A stretch of 64,000 nt of DNA from Mobula hypostoma. Lineage: Eukaryota. Shown piece by piece: positions 24,140-37,014 of the stretch. The first letter of the stretch is position 1, and each line of letters begins with the position of its first letter. Position numbers and translations under genes: made by a program. Under the pieces are notes generated by a model. That model ran no database searches. It was not told the DNA's origin and saw only the letters and a program-made list of their open reading frames with translations. The DNA lies in NCBI RefSeq assembly GCF_963921235.1, contig NC_086108.1:1860001-1924000 (forward strand). The letters run 5' to 3'.

Positions 24140-25635
24140 TGTCATGGTCCGGTCCGTGAAGTCCGCATTCTGGTTCACAGTCCGGTCCATTTACCCTTAC
24201 TCCAGGTTTTCCTGTTTACCCTGTTTCTGTTCCTGTTGAGCACTAATTGAGACAGTTGATTCTCGTTGGGGCTGACTGGTTAAATACCTGCAGAGACCAG
24301 AGCATGGGTGCTGGATTGTTCTTGTCCTTACTCCGTGTATCCCTTCCCCTGCCTTCTGTTTCCTCGCCTGAAGCCCTGCCTTGTCTTGCCGGTAACTCTC
24401 GCCTCGCCTTGCGTTGCCTGAAGCCCTGCCTTGTCTTGCTGCTAACTCTCGTCTCGCCTGAAGTCTTGTCCTGGAGCCACCCTGTACCTAGCTCCCTTCC
24501 ATAAGACCATAAGACAAAGGAGCAGAAGTAGGCCATTCGGCCCATCGAGTCTGCTCCGCCATTTTATCATGAGCTGATCCATTTTATCCTATTTAGTCCC
24601 ACTGCCCTGCCTTCTCACCATAATCTTTGATGCCCTGGCTACTCAGATACCTATCAATCTCTGCCTTAAATACACCCAATGACTTGGCCTCCACTGCTGC
24701 CCATGGCAACAAATTCCATAGATTCACCACCCTCTGACTAAAAAAATTTCTTCGCATTTCTGTTCTGAATGGGCACCCTTCAATCCTGAAGTCATGCCCC
24801 CTCATACTAGACTCCCCCATCATGGGAAACAACTTTGCCACATCCACTCTGTCCATGCCTTTTAACATTCGAAATGTTTCTATGAGGTCTCCCCTCATCC
24901 TTCTAAACTCCAAGGAATACAGTCCAAGAGCGGACAAACGGTCCTCATATGTTAACCCTCTCATTCCCGGAATCATTCTAGTGAATCTTCTCTGTACCCT
25001 CTCCAACGTCAGCACATCCTTTCTTAAATAAGGAGACCAAAACTGCCCACATTACTCCAAGTCCTGTCCCTTGCCTCCGCCGGGTAAGCCAGGCCGTCTT
25101 GCCATTACCCTACGGTTGTTTCTGTCCCTTCCTGCTCCTTGCCTCTGTCGTGTAAGCCAGGCCGTATTGCCGTTACCCTACAGTTGGTTCTGTCCCTCCT
25201 GTCCCTTGCCTCCGTTAGGTGGAGATCCGCGCCCTGCCCAGAAGTACCGCGCTCTGCCCAGGAGGAGCTTCAAGAGCTCAAGCCTCGCCCCAAGCCAAGC
25301 TTCAAGACCCCAAGCCTCAATCCTCGCCCCAAGCCAAGCTTCAAGGCCTCAAGCCTCAAGCCTCGGGTCTCGAGCCTCGTCCTGCCTGCCTGCCGAGTCA
25401 CGTCCTTGCCTAGTTCTGGGGTCCGAGCCAGAGGCAAGACCCAGGTACTGAATCCTTGTCTAGTCTCTGGCTTGGAGTCCAAGCCCTGGCTCCTCGCTCT
25501 CTTGTCCAGTCCTGTTCCGGGTTCCCAGTTTTCGTGTCCATGTCCTTGCCCTCACTCTGTAACCTAGTCCTGTCCCTAGTACTTCAGTGTCTGTGTCTTG
25601 CACCTGGGTCCGTTCCCAGCCTCCACCTTATGACA
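24140..25635. mobile_element. Solo LTR (Gypsy-like) carrying a nested CR1 fragment
   Basis: TGTCAT..ATGACA termini; 5-bp TSD CTAAT at 24135-24139 and 25636-25640; internal short tandem repeats. Confidence 0.85.
24499..25062 (-). mobile_element. CR1 3' fragment nested in the solo LTR
   Basis: Open ORF 24593-25015 (LERVQRRFTRMIPG..RVVNLWN); (TCTTATGG)n tail at 24499-24515. Confidence 0.9.
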
Positions 25636-26049
25636 CTAATATAAGAAGTGTAGGAAACCCTCATTCCAAGAGATATTAAGGTCTCAGTTAAAAGGAAAAA
25701 AAAGGTGCAGGGAGGTTGGAAAATGAGGTGCTTATAGAGTACAAGAAATGCAAGACAACACTCACGAAGCAGGAAGGCTAAAAGAAGGCGTGGAGTTGCT
25801 CTAGCAGACAGGGTGAAGATGAATCCTGTGGTATACTACAGATATGTCAGGAGTAAAAGGATTGCAAGGGACAGAATTAGTCCTGTGGAAGATCAGAATG
25901 GTATTCCATGTATGAGGCCAAAACGAAACAGATAGGAGATATCTTCAGTACTTCGCATCTCTATCTACTCAATAGACAGACACAGAGGCAAAGTGGCATC
26001 AACTTCATGGAATCTGTACAGGTTACAGAGGAGGAGGTGTTTGCCACCC

Positions 26050-26555
26050 TGATCTGTGTGCCTGGATAACATGTTGATCTGTGTGGATGACATCATGATC
26101 TGTAAGAGTAACACAGTGATTTGTATTGATGACACTGTGAGCTGTGTGGCTGACACTGTGATCAGTGTGGGTGACACTGTGAGCTGTGTGGGTGACACTG
26201 TTATCAGTATGGATGACATGGTGATCTGTATAAGTGACATGATTCTCTAAATGAATGACATAGTGCTCGGTACTGATTTCACCTTGATCTGTGTGGATGA
26301 TTTGATGATCTGTATGAATGACACTGTGAGATCTATGGATATCACGATGATCTGTATCGATGTCACGGTGATCTGAATGGACAACACATTCATCTGTAAG
26401 GATGTCTCATTGATCTGTAAAAGTGTCACAATGATCTGTACTGATGATATGATTACTGTATGGGTGACAAAGTGATTTGTATCAATAACGCAATCGTCTG
26501 TAACTGTGACACAACGACCTGTGGTGTCACACTGATCTATACTGGTGACACAATA
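26050..26555. repeat. Degenerate 21-bp tandem repeat, left block
   Basis: Consensus about TGATCTGTATGGATGACACAG; GATCT-like motif recurs at 26076, 26097, 26118, 26139, 26160. Confidence 0.85.
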
Positions 26556-26561
26556 TTCATC

Positions 26562-28508
26562 ATCAGAATCAGGTTTATTATCACCGGCATGTGACATGAA
26601 ATTTGTCAACTTAGCGGCAGCGGTTCAATACAGTACATAATCTAGCAGAGAGAGAAAAAATAATAATAATAAATAAAATAAAACATAATAAACAAGTAAA
26701 TCAATTCCGTATATTGAATAGATTATTTAAAAATGTCCAAAAACAGAAATACTGTGTATTAAAAAAAGTGAGGTAGTGTCTAAAGCTTCCAAGTCCATTT
26801 AGGAATCGGACGGCAGAGAGGAAGAAGCTGTTCCTGAATCGCTGAGTGTGTGCCTTCAGGCTTCTGTACCTCCTCCCTGATGGTAACAGTGAGAAAAGGG
26901 CATGCCCTGGGTGCTGGACCCTGCCTTTCTGAGGCACTGCTCCCTCAAGATGTCCTGGGTACTTTGTAGGCTAGTACCCAAGACGGAGCTGACTAGATTT
27001 ACAACCTTCTGCCGCTTCTTTCGGTCCTGTGCAGTAGCCCCTCCATAACAGACAGTGATGCAGCCTGTCAGAATGCTCTCCACAGTACAATTATAGAAGT
27101 TTTTGAGTATATTCGTTGACATGCCAAATCGCTTCAAACTCGTAATAAAGTATAGCCGCTGTCTTGCCCTGTTTATAACTACATCAATGTGTTGGGACCT
27201 GGTTAGATCCTCAGAGACCTTGACACCCAAGAACTTGAAGCTGCTCACTCTCTCCACTTCTGATCCCTCTATGAGGATTGGTATGTGTTCCTTCGTCTCA
27301 CCTTTCCTGAAGTCCACAATCCGCTCTTTCGTCTTACTGACGTTGAGTGCCAGGTTGTTGCTGTGGCATCACTCCACTAGTTGGCATATCTCACTCCTGT
27401 ACGCCCTCTCGTCACCACCTAAGATTCTACCAACAATGGTTGTATCATCAACAAATTTGTGGATGGTATTTGAGCTATGCCTAGCCACACAGTCATGTGT
27501 ATACGGAGAGTAGAGCAGTGGGCTAAGCACACACCCCTCTGGTGCGCCAGTGTTGATCGTCAACGAAGAGGATGTGTAATCACCAATCCGCACAGACTGT
27601 GGTCTTCCAGTTAGAAAATCGAGGATCCAATTGCAGGGGGAAGCACAGAGGCCCAGGATCTGCAACTTTGCAATCAGGATTGTAGGAATGATGATATTAA
27701 ATGCTGAGCTATAGTCGATGAACAGCATCCTGGCACAGGTGTTTTTGTTGTCTAGGTGGTCTAAATCTGTGTGGAGAGCCATGGAGATTGCGTCTGCCGT
27801 TGACCTATTGTGACGATAGGCAAATTGCAATGGGTCCAGGTCCTTGCTGAGGCAGGAGTTCAGTCTAGTCATGACCAACTTCTCAAAGCATTCCATCACT
27901 GTCGATGTGAGTGCTACTGGGCAATAGTTGTTGAGGCAGCCCACATTATTCTTCTTTGGCACTGGTACAATTGTTGCCGTTTTGAAGCAACTGGGAACTT
28001 CCACCCGTAGCAGTAAGAGGTTGAAAATGTCCTTGAATACTCCCACTAGTTGGTTGGCACAGGTTTTCAGAGCCTTACCAGGTACTCCATCGGGACCTTC
28101 CACCTTGCAAGGGTTCATTCTCTTTAAAGACAGTCTAACAGCGGTCTCTGAGACAGAGATCACGGTCATCTGGTGCAGCAGGGATCTTCACAGCTGCAGT
28201 TGTGTCCTCCCTTACAAAGTGTGCATAGAAGGCGTTGAGTTCATCTGGTAGTGAAGCATCACTGACATTTACACTATTGGGTTTCGCTTTGTAGGAAGTA
28301 ATGTCTTGCAGTCCCTGCCAGAGTTGCCATACATCTGATATCGCCTCCAACCTCATTTGAAATTGTCTCTTCGTCCTTGAAATAGCCCTCCGCAAATCAT
28401 ACCTAGTTTTCTGGTATAGGCCTGGGTTGCCAGACTTGAATGCCACAGATCTAGCCTTCAGCAGACGATGTAGCTCCATGTTCATCCATGACTTTTGATT
28501 TGGGAATG
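26562..28508 (-). mobile_element. Rex1/Babar LINE, 5'-truncated, with RT domain, a stop codon and frameshifts
   Basis: [65 protein letters not shown] plus GATTCTGAT tail at 26562. Confidence 0.92.
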
Positions 28509-28511
28509 TTT

Positions 28512-28932
28512 AGTGACCTACATGGATTTCACAATGATCTGATCGGACAACAGATTGACCTGAATATACAACATGATATATATGGATGGCACGTGATCTG
28601 TGTTGGTGACATCTGTGTGTACGGGTGACGCGATGATCTATACGCGTGACTCGATGATCTGTATGGGTGATAAGATGATCTGATATGGGCCACACATTGA
28701 TCTGTATGGGCGTCACAATGATCTGTATTGATGACACCATAATCTGTCGGGGTTACACTGATCTTTCTGGATGATATGATGAGCTGTGAAGGTAACACAA
28801 TTTTCTGTGTAGATGACACAATGATCTGTGTATATGACTCGTAGATCTGTATTGATAACATGATGATCAGTATGGGTGACATGTTGACCTGCATCAGCAA
28901 CATGTTGATCTGTATGAATGACACAATCATCT
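28512..28932. repeat. Degenerate 21-bp tandem repeat, right block
   Basis: Same TGATCTGTATGGRTGACA unit as 26050-26555. Confidence 0.85.
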
Positions 28933-29624
28933 CAATGAGCCATGATGTGGGGTTGAGATTACAAAGGCAGCTGGAAAGGAGTGCAGTAAGTGCAATGTCA
29001 CAATTGTAATGGGGCACTTCAATATGCAAGGGGATTGGGAAAATCATGTTGGTGTCGGATTGCAAGAGAGGGAATTTGTTGAATGCCTGTGAGATGGCTT
29101 TTAAGAGCAGCTTGTGCTGAGACTCCTGTACCTTCTTCCTGATGGCAGCAGCAAAAGGAGAGCATGTCCTATGTGCTGGGGGTCCCTGATGATGGATGTT
29201 GCTTTTCTGCGATAGTGTTTCATGTAGATGTACTCATTGGTGGGGAGAGCTTTACCCATGATGGACTGGGCTACATTCAATACTTATTGATGTATTTGGC
29301 ATTCAAGGACACTGGTGTTTCTATACAGGTTGTATTGCAGCCGGTGTATATACTGTCCATTGCACATCTATAGAAGTTGTCAAAGCTTTGGATGTTTTTA
29401 TCATATCTTCACAATTTCTACTCTTGAAAGCAGGCAAAATCAGTGACAGTCATCCCTTCAGTGAATAAACTTTGTGGAAAAGTTGTACTCATCTGCTTAA
29501 CATTAAGTGACAAATTATTAAGTGACCATGAAGCTTTTAAATGTCGAAGGTGCGATATTAGGACGTTAATTTTCTTTTAAAAACAGACCTTTGGGTTAAG
29601 TCGCAATAAACAATTATCCATATA

Positions 29625-30155
29625 CACTCGGGCCACTTTATTCAATATCTCCTGTACCTAATAAAATGACCACCAAATGTGTGTTTCTGGTCTTCTGCTG
29701 CTGTAGCCCATCCATTTCAAGGTTCAAAATGCTGTGTGTTCAAAGTTGTTCTTCTGCTCACCATTGTAGTTATTTGAGTTACTGTCACCCTCCTGTCAGC
29801 TTGAACCAGTCTGGCTATTCTCCTCTGACCTCTCTCATTAACAAGACACTTTCACCCACAGAACTGCTGTTCATTGTTTTTTTTTGCACCATTCTCTGTA
29901 AACTCTAGATATTGTTGTGCGTGAAAACCCCAGGAGGTCAGCAGTTTCTAAGATGTTCAAACCACCCCGTCTGGCACCAATAATCATTCCACCATCAAAA
30001 TCACTTAGATCACATTTCTTCCCCATTCTAGTATTTGGTCTAAATAATAACTGAACAGTTTGATCATGCTTTTATGCATTGAGTTGCTGCCACATGATTG
30101 GCTGATTAGATGTGTGCATTAAAAAGCAGGTGTATCTAATAAAGTGGCCAGAGTG
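29625..30155. mobile_element. Tc1/mariner non-autonomous element
   Basis: TIRs CACTCGGGCCACTTTATT and AATAAAGTGGCCAGAGTG with TA on both flanks. Confidence 0.8.
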
Positions 30156-30489
30156 TAGTTCTCTAATTCATGTTTTGATCAGCATAGCATGCAAGAAAAC
30201 TGCAGGAAGCAACAAGGTTCATGTCTAGTTAGTAAATCCTTGGGTTTTCACTAGGATCTGGAATTCTCTGCCCAGGAGAACTGTCAAGGTCCAGTGATCA
30301 AGTATAGCCAACACAGGGATTGCCAGACTTTCTAGATCTTGGGGAAATCAAGAAGTATATGGATAGGGCAAGAAAAGGGTATTCAGAGAGATGATTAACT
30401 ATGATCTTATGGAACATGGGAGCTAGGTCAGGAAGCTAAAGGCCTGATGCTGCTCCTGTCTTGTTACGAAGTTCCAGCCTTGTCTAAAA

Positions 30490-31110
30490 ATTTAAAAAAC
30501 TGCAGATGTGGAAGCAACACATACAAAATGGTCGAAGAGCTCAGCAAGTTGGGGAACATCTATGGAAAGGAGTAAACAGTCGACATTTTGAGCCCAGACC
30601 CTTCTTCGGGACTGGAAAGAAGGGGAGAAGTCAGGGTAAGAAGATGGAGGGAGGGCAGAAAGAAGCACAAGGTGGTAGGTGATAGGTTAAACAGGTGGGG
30701 GGAGGGATGCAGTAAAGAGCTGGGAATTTGATCGGTGAAAGAGATAAAGAGCTGGAGAAGGGGGATTCCGATAGAAGAGGGCAGAAAACCATGGAAGAAA
30801 GAGAAGGGAGAGGAGCACCAGAGAGAGGTGATGGGCAGGTAAGGAAATAAGGTGAGAGAGGGAAATGGGAATGGGGAGTGGTGAAAGAGGGGAACGGGGG
30901 CAAATACCGGAAGTTTGAGAAATAGATGTTCATGTCATCAGGTTGGAGGCTACCCAGACAGAATATATGGTGTTGCTGCTCCAACCTGATCGTGACCTCA
31001 TCACGTTAGTGGAGGAGACAATGAACTGACATGTTGGAATATGAATGGGAAGTAGAATTGAAATGGACGGCCACCGGGAGATCATGTTTTTTTCTGGCAG
31101 ATGGAGCGAA
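30490..31110 (-). mobile_element. Penelope-like element 3' fragment
   Basis: EQQHHIFCLGSLQPDDMNIYFSNF (GIY-YIG end), pseudo-LTR, and a decayed hammerhead at about 30578-30615. Confidence 0.8.
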
Positions 31111-31819
31111 GGTGCCTGGCTGATGTTAACCATCAGATGTTGAAAATCTGAAATTAAAACAAGAAATTCTCAGAAAATCTTAGCAAGTCAGGCAATATCT
31201 GGTCTGTGAAACATCAGTTGCTTCTGATGAAGTCACAGATCCAAAAACACTGAGTGTTTCTCTTTCAACACATGCTAAGCTTTTCCCGCATTTTCCTTCT
31301 TTACCCCTGCTTTGTATATAGTTGGTCCCCTCCCTGTGACAACCTTTCTATCAAAAGTTTGAAAATTATTCTGTAGTATTTCACATGAAGCCCTTTCAAA
31401 GTGTTCTGCAGCCAGATGGCAGTTTCTAAAAGCTCTGAGTGCCTAAGGATATTAGCGATGGGATTAAAGAGAAGCACATCACCATCCTCAATCAAGGACA
31501 ATATGAAATGGGAGTGGGGAGGTTGTCTCAATCTCACTCGTTCGGAGCAATTCTTCATCTGGGCACAAATCCAAACACTCTGATTAAAGCTCATCGGCCA
31601 TCAGTGTAAAGAAAAAACAGTGCTCTTCATTCATGTCTTTCTCAATGTAATTAATTTCAAAAGTAATTGAAAATCAACAAATTGCAGATGCTAAAAGTCT
31701 GAAATAAAATCAGAAATCATGAAACACTCAGTGGGTCAGGCAGCGCTGACAGACAGAGAAATGGAGTTAAGCTCTCAGGTGGAAAACCTGAAATTTTAAC
31801 CACATTTCTCTTTCCAAAA

Positions 31820-32500
31820 GAACACAAGATACAGGAGCAGAATTAGGCCATTTCACCCATCAAGTCTGCTCCACCATTCAATCATGGCTAATTTATTAAC
31901 CCTCTCGGCCCCATTCTCCAGCCTTCTTCCCATAACCTTTGACACCGTATACCCAATCAACCCTCACAATGACTTGGCCTACACAGTCGCCTGTAGCAAT
32001 GAATTCCACAGATTCACCATTCTCTGGCTGAAGAAATTCCTCCTTATCTCTGTTCTAAAGGGAAATCCTTCCATTTTGAGAATGTGCCCAATGATCCTTG
32101 ATTCTCCCACTAATGGAAACATCCTCTCCACATCCACTCTTTCAAGGCCTCTCAATATTTGATAAGTTTCAATAAGTTCCCCCCACATTCTTCGAAACTC
32201 CAGCAAGAATACAGGCCCAAAACCATCAAATGCTCCTCAGACATTAATCCTTTCATTCCCAGGATCCTTCTTGTGAACCTTTGGTCACCTACCTACAGGA
32301 AAGATACAAGATTGAAAGAGTACGGAGAAACTTTACAAGGATGTTGCCGCTCTGGAGGACCTGAGTTTTAAGGAAAGATTGAATGGGTTAGGAATTTATT
32401 TCATAGAACGTAGAAGATTGAGAGGAGATTTGATAGAGGTATACAAAATTATTTAGGGTATAGAGAGGGTAAGTACAAGCAGGCCTTTTCCACTGAGGGA
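31820..32500. mobile_element. Two CR1 3' fragments head-to-head (minus to about 32281, then plus)
   Basis: ORF 31979-32206(-) LEFRRMWGELIETY..RMVNLWNSL; plus-strand WSPTYRKD.. from 32282. Confidence 0.7.
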
Positions 32501-32895
32501 GTTAGAGAAATCGAAGTTCATGCCATCAGGTTGGAGTCTACCCAGGTGGAATATGAGGTGTTACTCCCCCACCTAAGAGTGCTCTCATTACACAGTAGAG
32601 GAGGCCATGGACTCGCGTGTCAGATTAGGACTGAGGAGTGGAAATCCTGCCAGTTGTGCCAGATGGGTCAAAGGCTGGATTTTTTGTACAGTATTTAAGA
32701 TCCTGCAGAAGAGGCTAAAGGTAGCCAGCCTTTTGTTGCAGTGGGGCTTGCACAGACACAATCAGCTAACTGATATCCTAGACAATACAGTGACGGTCTA
32801 TTTAACCTTGAGGGCCGTTATAATTGTACTGCAGGAATAAGGCTCCATCATTGGTGGAGGAGTTAGGATATAGAAAACAGGTCATGACAACGTTA

Positions 32896-33041
32896 CACAC
32901 ATCAAAGTTGCTGGTGAACGCAGCAGGCCAGGCAGCATCTCTAGGAAGAGGTACAGTCACGTTTCAGGCTGAGACCCTTCGTCAGGACTAACTGAAGGAA
33001 GAGTTAGTAAGAGATTTGAAAGTGGGAGGGGGAGGGGGAGT
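32896..33041 (-). mobile_element. Short Penelope pseudo-LTR insertion with near-intact hammerhead motif
   Basis: TSD CAACGTTA at 32888-32895 and 33042-33049. Minus strand AGTC-CTGACGA-AGGGTCTCAGCCT-GAAACGT-GACT, with 1 nt lost at the cleavage site. Confidence 0.8.
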
Positions 33042-33489
33042 CAACGTTAGTAGGGTGCTATAGCAATGTATGATTAATATGGAATATTTCATTACATCAG
33101 AAAATGTTGACACAGAGAATTTACATGCATGAAGTTTTTAATATTATTCACAAATTGTCATAATACAAAATAAATAGCTTGTGGCATCTCATCCACTTTA
33201 CACAGAACATACACGTACAACTGTGGCTTCAGATAATTTCCATAAAACCCAGTGCTTAAATCTGTTAAAATTGGTACAAAGATAGAGGACACATCTAGCA
33301 CCAATAAACCAATGAGATTAAAGTAGAAGCTAGTATCAGGCAGGCTCTGACTACAATCCGTCCGTGGGCTTCTGTCCAAATAGGCATCTTAAAGCTTGTT
33401 AATCTACTAAAGACTCAAGAGATCACTGGATCAGAAATCTCTTACGTTTGCAGAGAAAAGTACTTCACACCAATAATGTTCTCTTTTTG

Positions 33490-33680
33490 TACATCTCTCT
33501 CTCTTTCTATCTCTCTGCCTCTCACCCTTCTCTCTCCCCAATTCTTCCCTCCCTCTCTGCAACTCTCTTTTCCCTCATCTCCCCTCCCCTCCTTAATTCC
33601 TCTATCCCCATCCCTCCAGCTCCTCGCCCCCATCTCCTTCTTGCTCTCTCTCTTGACCTCTATCTCTCCATCTCTCTTAT
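33490..33680. repeat. CT-rich low-complexity tract
   Basis: Almost exclusively C/T on the plus strand. Confidence 0.8.
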
Positions 33681-34249
33681 CATTTCAAGTATACAGTGAT
33701 GTATATAGTGTCCAGTGATCATTAATGAGCCATTTCAGTTTTCACCCCAATCCCTGGTTTTATCATCACCGTACTGATTCTATCTTTTTAATACAGGTTA
33801 TGTAATTAAACGAATTTAAAATTTCCTATCTGGTGTTGTGGGATTTAAACTTGCAGATCATTTGATCTTTAAGTGTTTCATTGACATAAATACTGTCTTA
33901 CAGTTCGTCTGTTCAGTAAACCAACTCCTTTTATCTTAAACCTCTTAATTACAATGTCCTTTAATCTTCCATTATCGTGGTTATTCACCTGGTCTAGCCA
34001 GTCTGTCCACATGATTTAACTGAGATTTCCTTCTCCATACCCTTGGTAAACTGTGGCTGGAAATGGCTACCTTGGCATAGATGGGGAGTTATTTCTGTTC
34101 AGGACAGTTCAGTAACAAATTAGAAAACAGACTTATTTAATAAGTTATTTGAGGGAATCAGTGAGGCTTGATTTTTCAATGTAACGCAGAGACAAAAAAT
34201 CGCACTGTTTCCAGGGATGGCGCTGTTTTTTGCACATATAGAGGGTCCT

Positions 34250-35110
34250 TGGACAGGTAGTGTTGAGGAAGTCGGCAGTCTTCAGGAGGACTTGGACAGT
34301 TTAAGAGAATGGACAAAGGTGTGGCAGATGGACTATAGTGTCAGGATATGTAAAGTCATGGATTTTGGTAGAATAAAGGCGTAGACTTCTGTCAAAACGG
34401 AATGAATTCTGAAATCAATCATACAAAGTGACTTAGGAGTTCTCAAGCAGGATTCCCTAAAGATTAGCTTGCAGGTTGAGTCAGTAGTAAGGAAGGCAAA
34501 TCCAATGTTAGCGTTCATTTCCAGAAGACTAGAATATAAAAGCAAGGATGTAATGTTGAGGCTTTATAAGGCACTGGTCAGACCACATTTGGAGCATTGT
34601 GAACAGTTTTGGGACAAGTATCTAAGAAAGGATAATCTGGCATTGGAGATGGTCCAGAGGAGGTTTGTGAGAATAATTCTAGAAATGAAAAGGTTCGTGT
34701 ATGAGGAGCGTTTGATGGCTCGAGGCCTGCACTCAATGGAGTTTGTAAGAATGATGGGGAATCTCACTGAATACTGAAGGGCCTAGATTGTGGAAAGGAT
34801 GCTTCCTATAGTGGGGAAGTCTAGCACCAGAGGACACAGCCTCAGAATTGAAGGAAGCCAATTTACAACAGAGATGAGGAAAAATGCCTTCAGCCAGAGG
34901 GTGGTGAATCTGTGGAATTCATTGCTACAGGTGGCTGTGAAGGCTGAGTCACTGGGTTTACTTAAGCAGAAGTTGATAGGTTCTTGATTATTCAGTGCAT
35001 CAAAAATTACGTGGAGAAGGCAATATAATGGGGTTGAGAGGGAAAATGAATCTGCCATGGTGAATGGTAATTGGCCAAGTGGGTTAATTCTGCTCCTATG
35101 CCTTATGGTC
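34250..35110 (+). mobile_element. CR1 LINE 3' fragment
   Basis: LRLYKALVRPHLEHCEQFW..QRVVNLWNSL; tail CCTATGCCTTATGG. Confidence 0.82.
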
Positions 35111-36112
35111 CACATTTATCTATTCTGTGTGATTTTATGCCTAACTGAAATGTAAGGGCAGTAAATGTGGTTGTTGAGTTTGTTGAGCTGTTCGGGTCTA
35201 ATTAGTTCTGATTCTAAATGCAGTCAAGTAAACAAGGTTGGAGATCTAGTTAAATGAGTGTAAGACCATGCAGGAGCAATGACGGGTACAGTTTCCCTTC
35301 ATGCTGTTGGCACTCCCCCAAGAGGATCACAACCTTGTCGTAAGGTTTGGAGGCTTGCGTGCCTCAATGACCTGGAGAACTCTGGTGGCTGGAGTGTTCA
35401 CCCATGCCAGACACGTCAAAGAGTAGAGGCCAGACTATGAGTGGTCCACTGGCCCTCCAGGTTCGGGGAGGGTTCATCTCAGGGCTAACAACCCTGACTG
35501 GTAAAACAAATTTGTTATGGAAACAGCAATGAAGAATCCTTCTACATCTGAGTGCGATGGTATTCCTGAGTATACTTAGTATACCCGGGACTTATATGAC
35601 TGACAATTGTGAAAACCGAGCTACTGACACTGAACACCGTCAGAGATGGAAGACACTCATTGCTGCCCTAAATGCCAGTCGCGTAACAGTCAGTAGGTGT
35701 TTAGCCCTCTTATTTTACTAGAAAGACACTCTTTGCTAAGCTATAGGGAAATCAAAAAAACTTTAGAGGCTAGGAATCTGAAATAAAAATAGAAAATGCT
35801 ACAAAAACATGGCAGGTCGGGAGGCATCTGAGGGGAGAGAAACAGACAATTCATTGTCAGAACTGGGCGAGAAAGAGATACAAGGAGAGAAGATGGAGGA
35901 AGGCTGTGGAGAACAAAGGAAACGTGACAGGATAGGTCAAAATGACTTAATAGGAGCAGTTAGCAACACATTAAGTTCTTTGTAGAATCAGAATTAGAAA
36001 CAGGTTTATTATCACCAGCATATGTCATGAAAGCTGCTTGCCACAGTTGTGGACTGAACACAGATCTCTTTCCATAATGTAAAGTATTCGAGCTTAGCTC
36101 AGGACATGCTGC

Positions 36113-36965
36113 TTAGACATATGCAGATTCACTGGATTGGGTCCTCTCATGGCCACTGAAAAATGGGGGGTCCTTCTTCCTAACCTCGACTGCTGATTTT
36201 CTCTTGGCTTGCACTCCTTTGATGGCTGCCTTGATCTTCCTCCAGCCCAGGTGGTTGAGCTCAGCCAGGTTCAGAACCACACAGATGCCACTGACCGCAA
36301 ACATGAAGACCAAGAACACCGTCTTTTCTGTCGGCCTGGACACATAACACTCCACCTCCTTGACGCAAGGATACCTATCGCACTCAAAGATTGCAGGAAC
36401 ATTAAACCCATAAAGAAAATATTGTCCCACCAAGAAGCCAATCTCCAAAACATTTCTAAAGACCACTTGGATAATATAGAATCTTGATATCCCCTCTTGC
36501 CGCTGAACTTTTATGCTTTTGCTACGGATCGATCCTGATGTATTAGGATTTTTTTTACTCTCCAAATAGTCTGATTCCACTGCCTTTCCAGATCTTTCCG
36601 TATTCTGCCCCAGAATCCCATTGATGAGACTGCTTTTTGACTTTTTATTCTCCCTACGGTCTGTGGAGGTTTTGGTGACTTCCTGGTCCAGAGGAGGACA
36701 GAGCACAGTGGAGTGTTTGTCCTTCTGTTTGGATGACTGGTGGACCGAATAGGTGATGAAGCAAAGACTCGGCGTGCACACCAGAATGATCTGGAAGACC
36801 CAGTACCTGATGTGAGAGATGGGAAATGCCCTATCGTAGCAGGCCTGGTTACAGCCTGGCTGAAGGGTGTTGCACATGAACATGGTTTGCTCGTCCTCGT
36901 AGACCGTCTCCCCGACAATGGCGACAATCAGAATTCGGAAGATCACAACCACAGTGAGGAGTATC
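36113..36965 (-). CDS. gjd1: Delta-family connexin (GJD2-like / gjd1), coding exon 2; spliced product 307 aa
   Basis: tctccag|G ATA CTC CTC..; [69 protein letters not shown]. Both extracellular Cys triads and the C-terminal PDZ-binding motif are present. 71+853=924 nt, in frame. Family is certain; gjd1 versus gjd2 is inferred. Confidence 0.95.
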
Positions 36966-37014
36966 CTGGAGATAAAATGAGAAATTCCTGAAAACAATCA
37001 TACAAAAGGATGAT

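Noticed and set aside
31301..31594. 97-aa ORF in apparently unique sequence
   Set aside because: No recognisable homology or convincing splice sites; cannot be supported without a search.
33130..33145. ATTAAA on the minus strand as the connexin polyadenylation signal
   Set aside because: Plausible AT-rich context about 3 kb past the stop, but such hexamers are common and transcript data are needed.
36966..36997. N-terminus [10 protein letters not shown] of the connexin ORF
   Set aside because: This is intronic polypyrimidine/acceptor sequence. The true N-terminus is the exon at 59908-59978.
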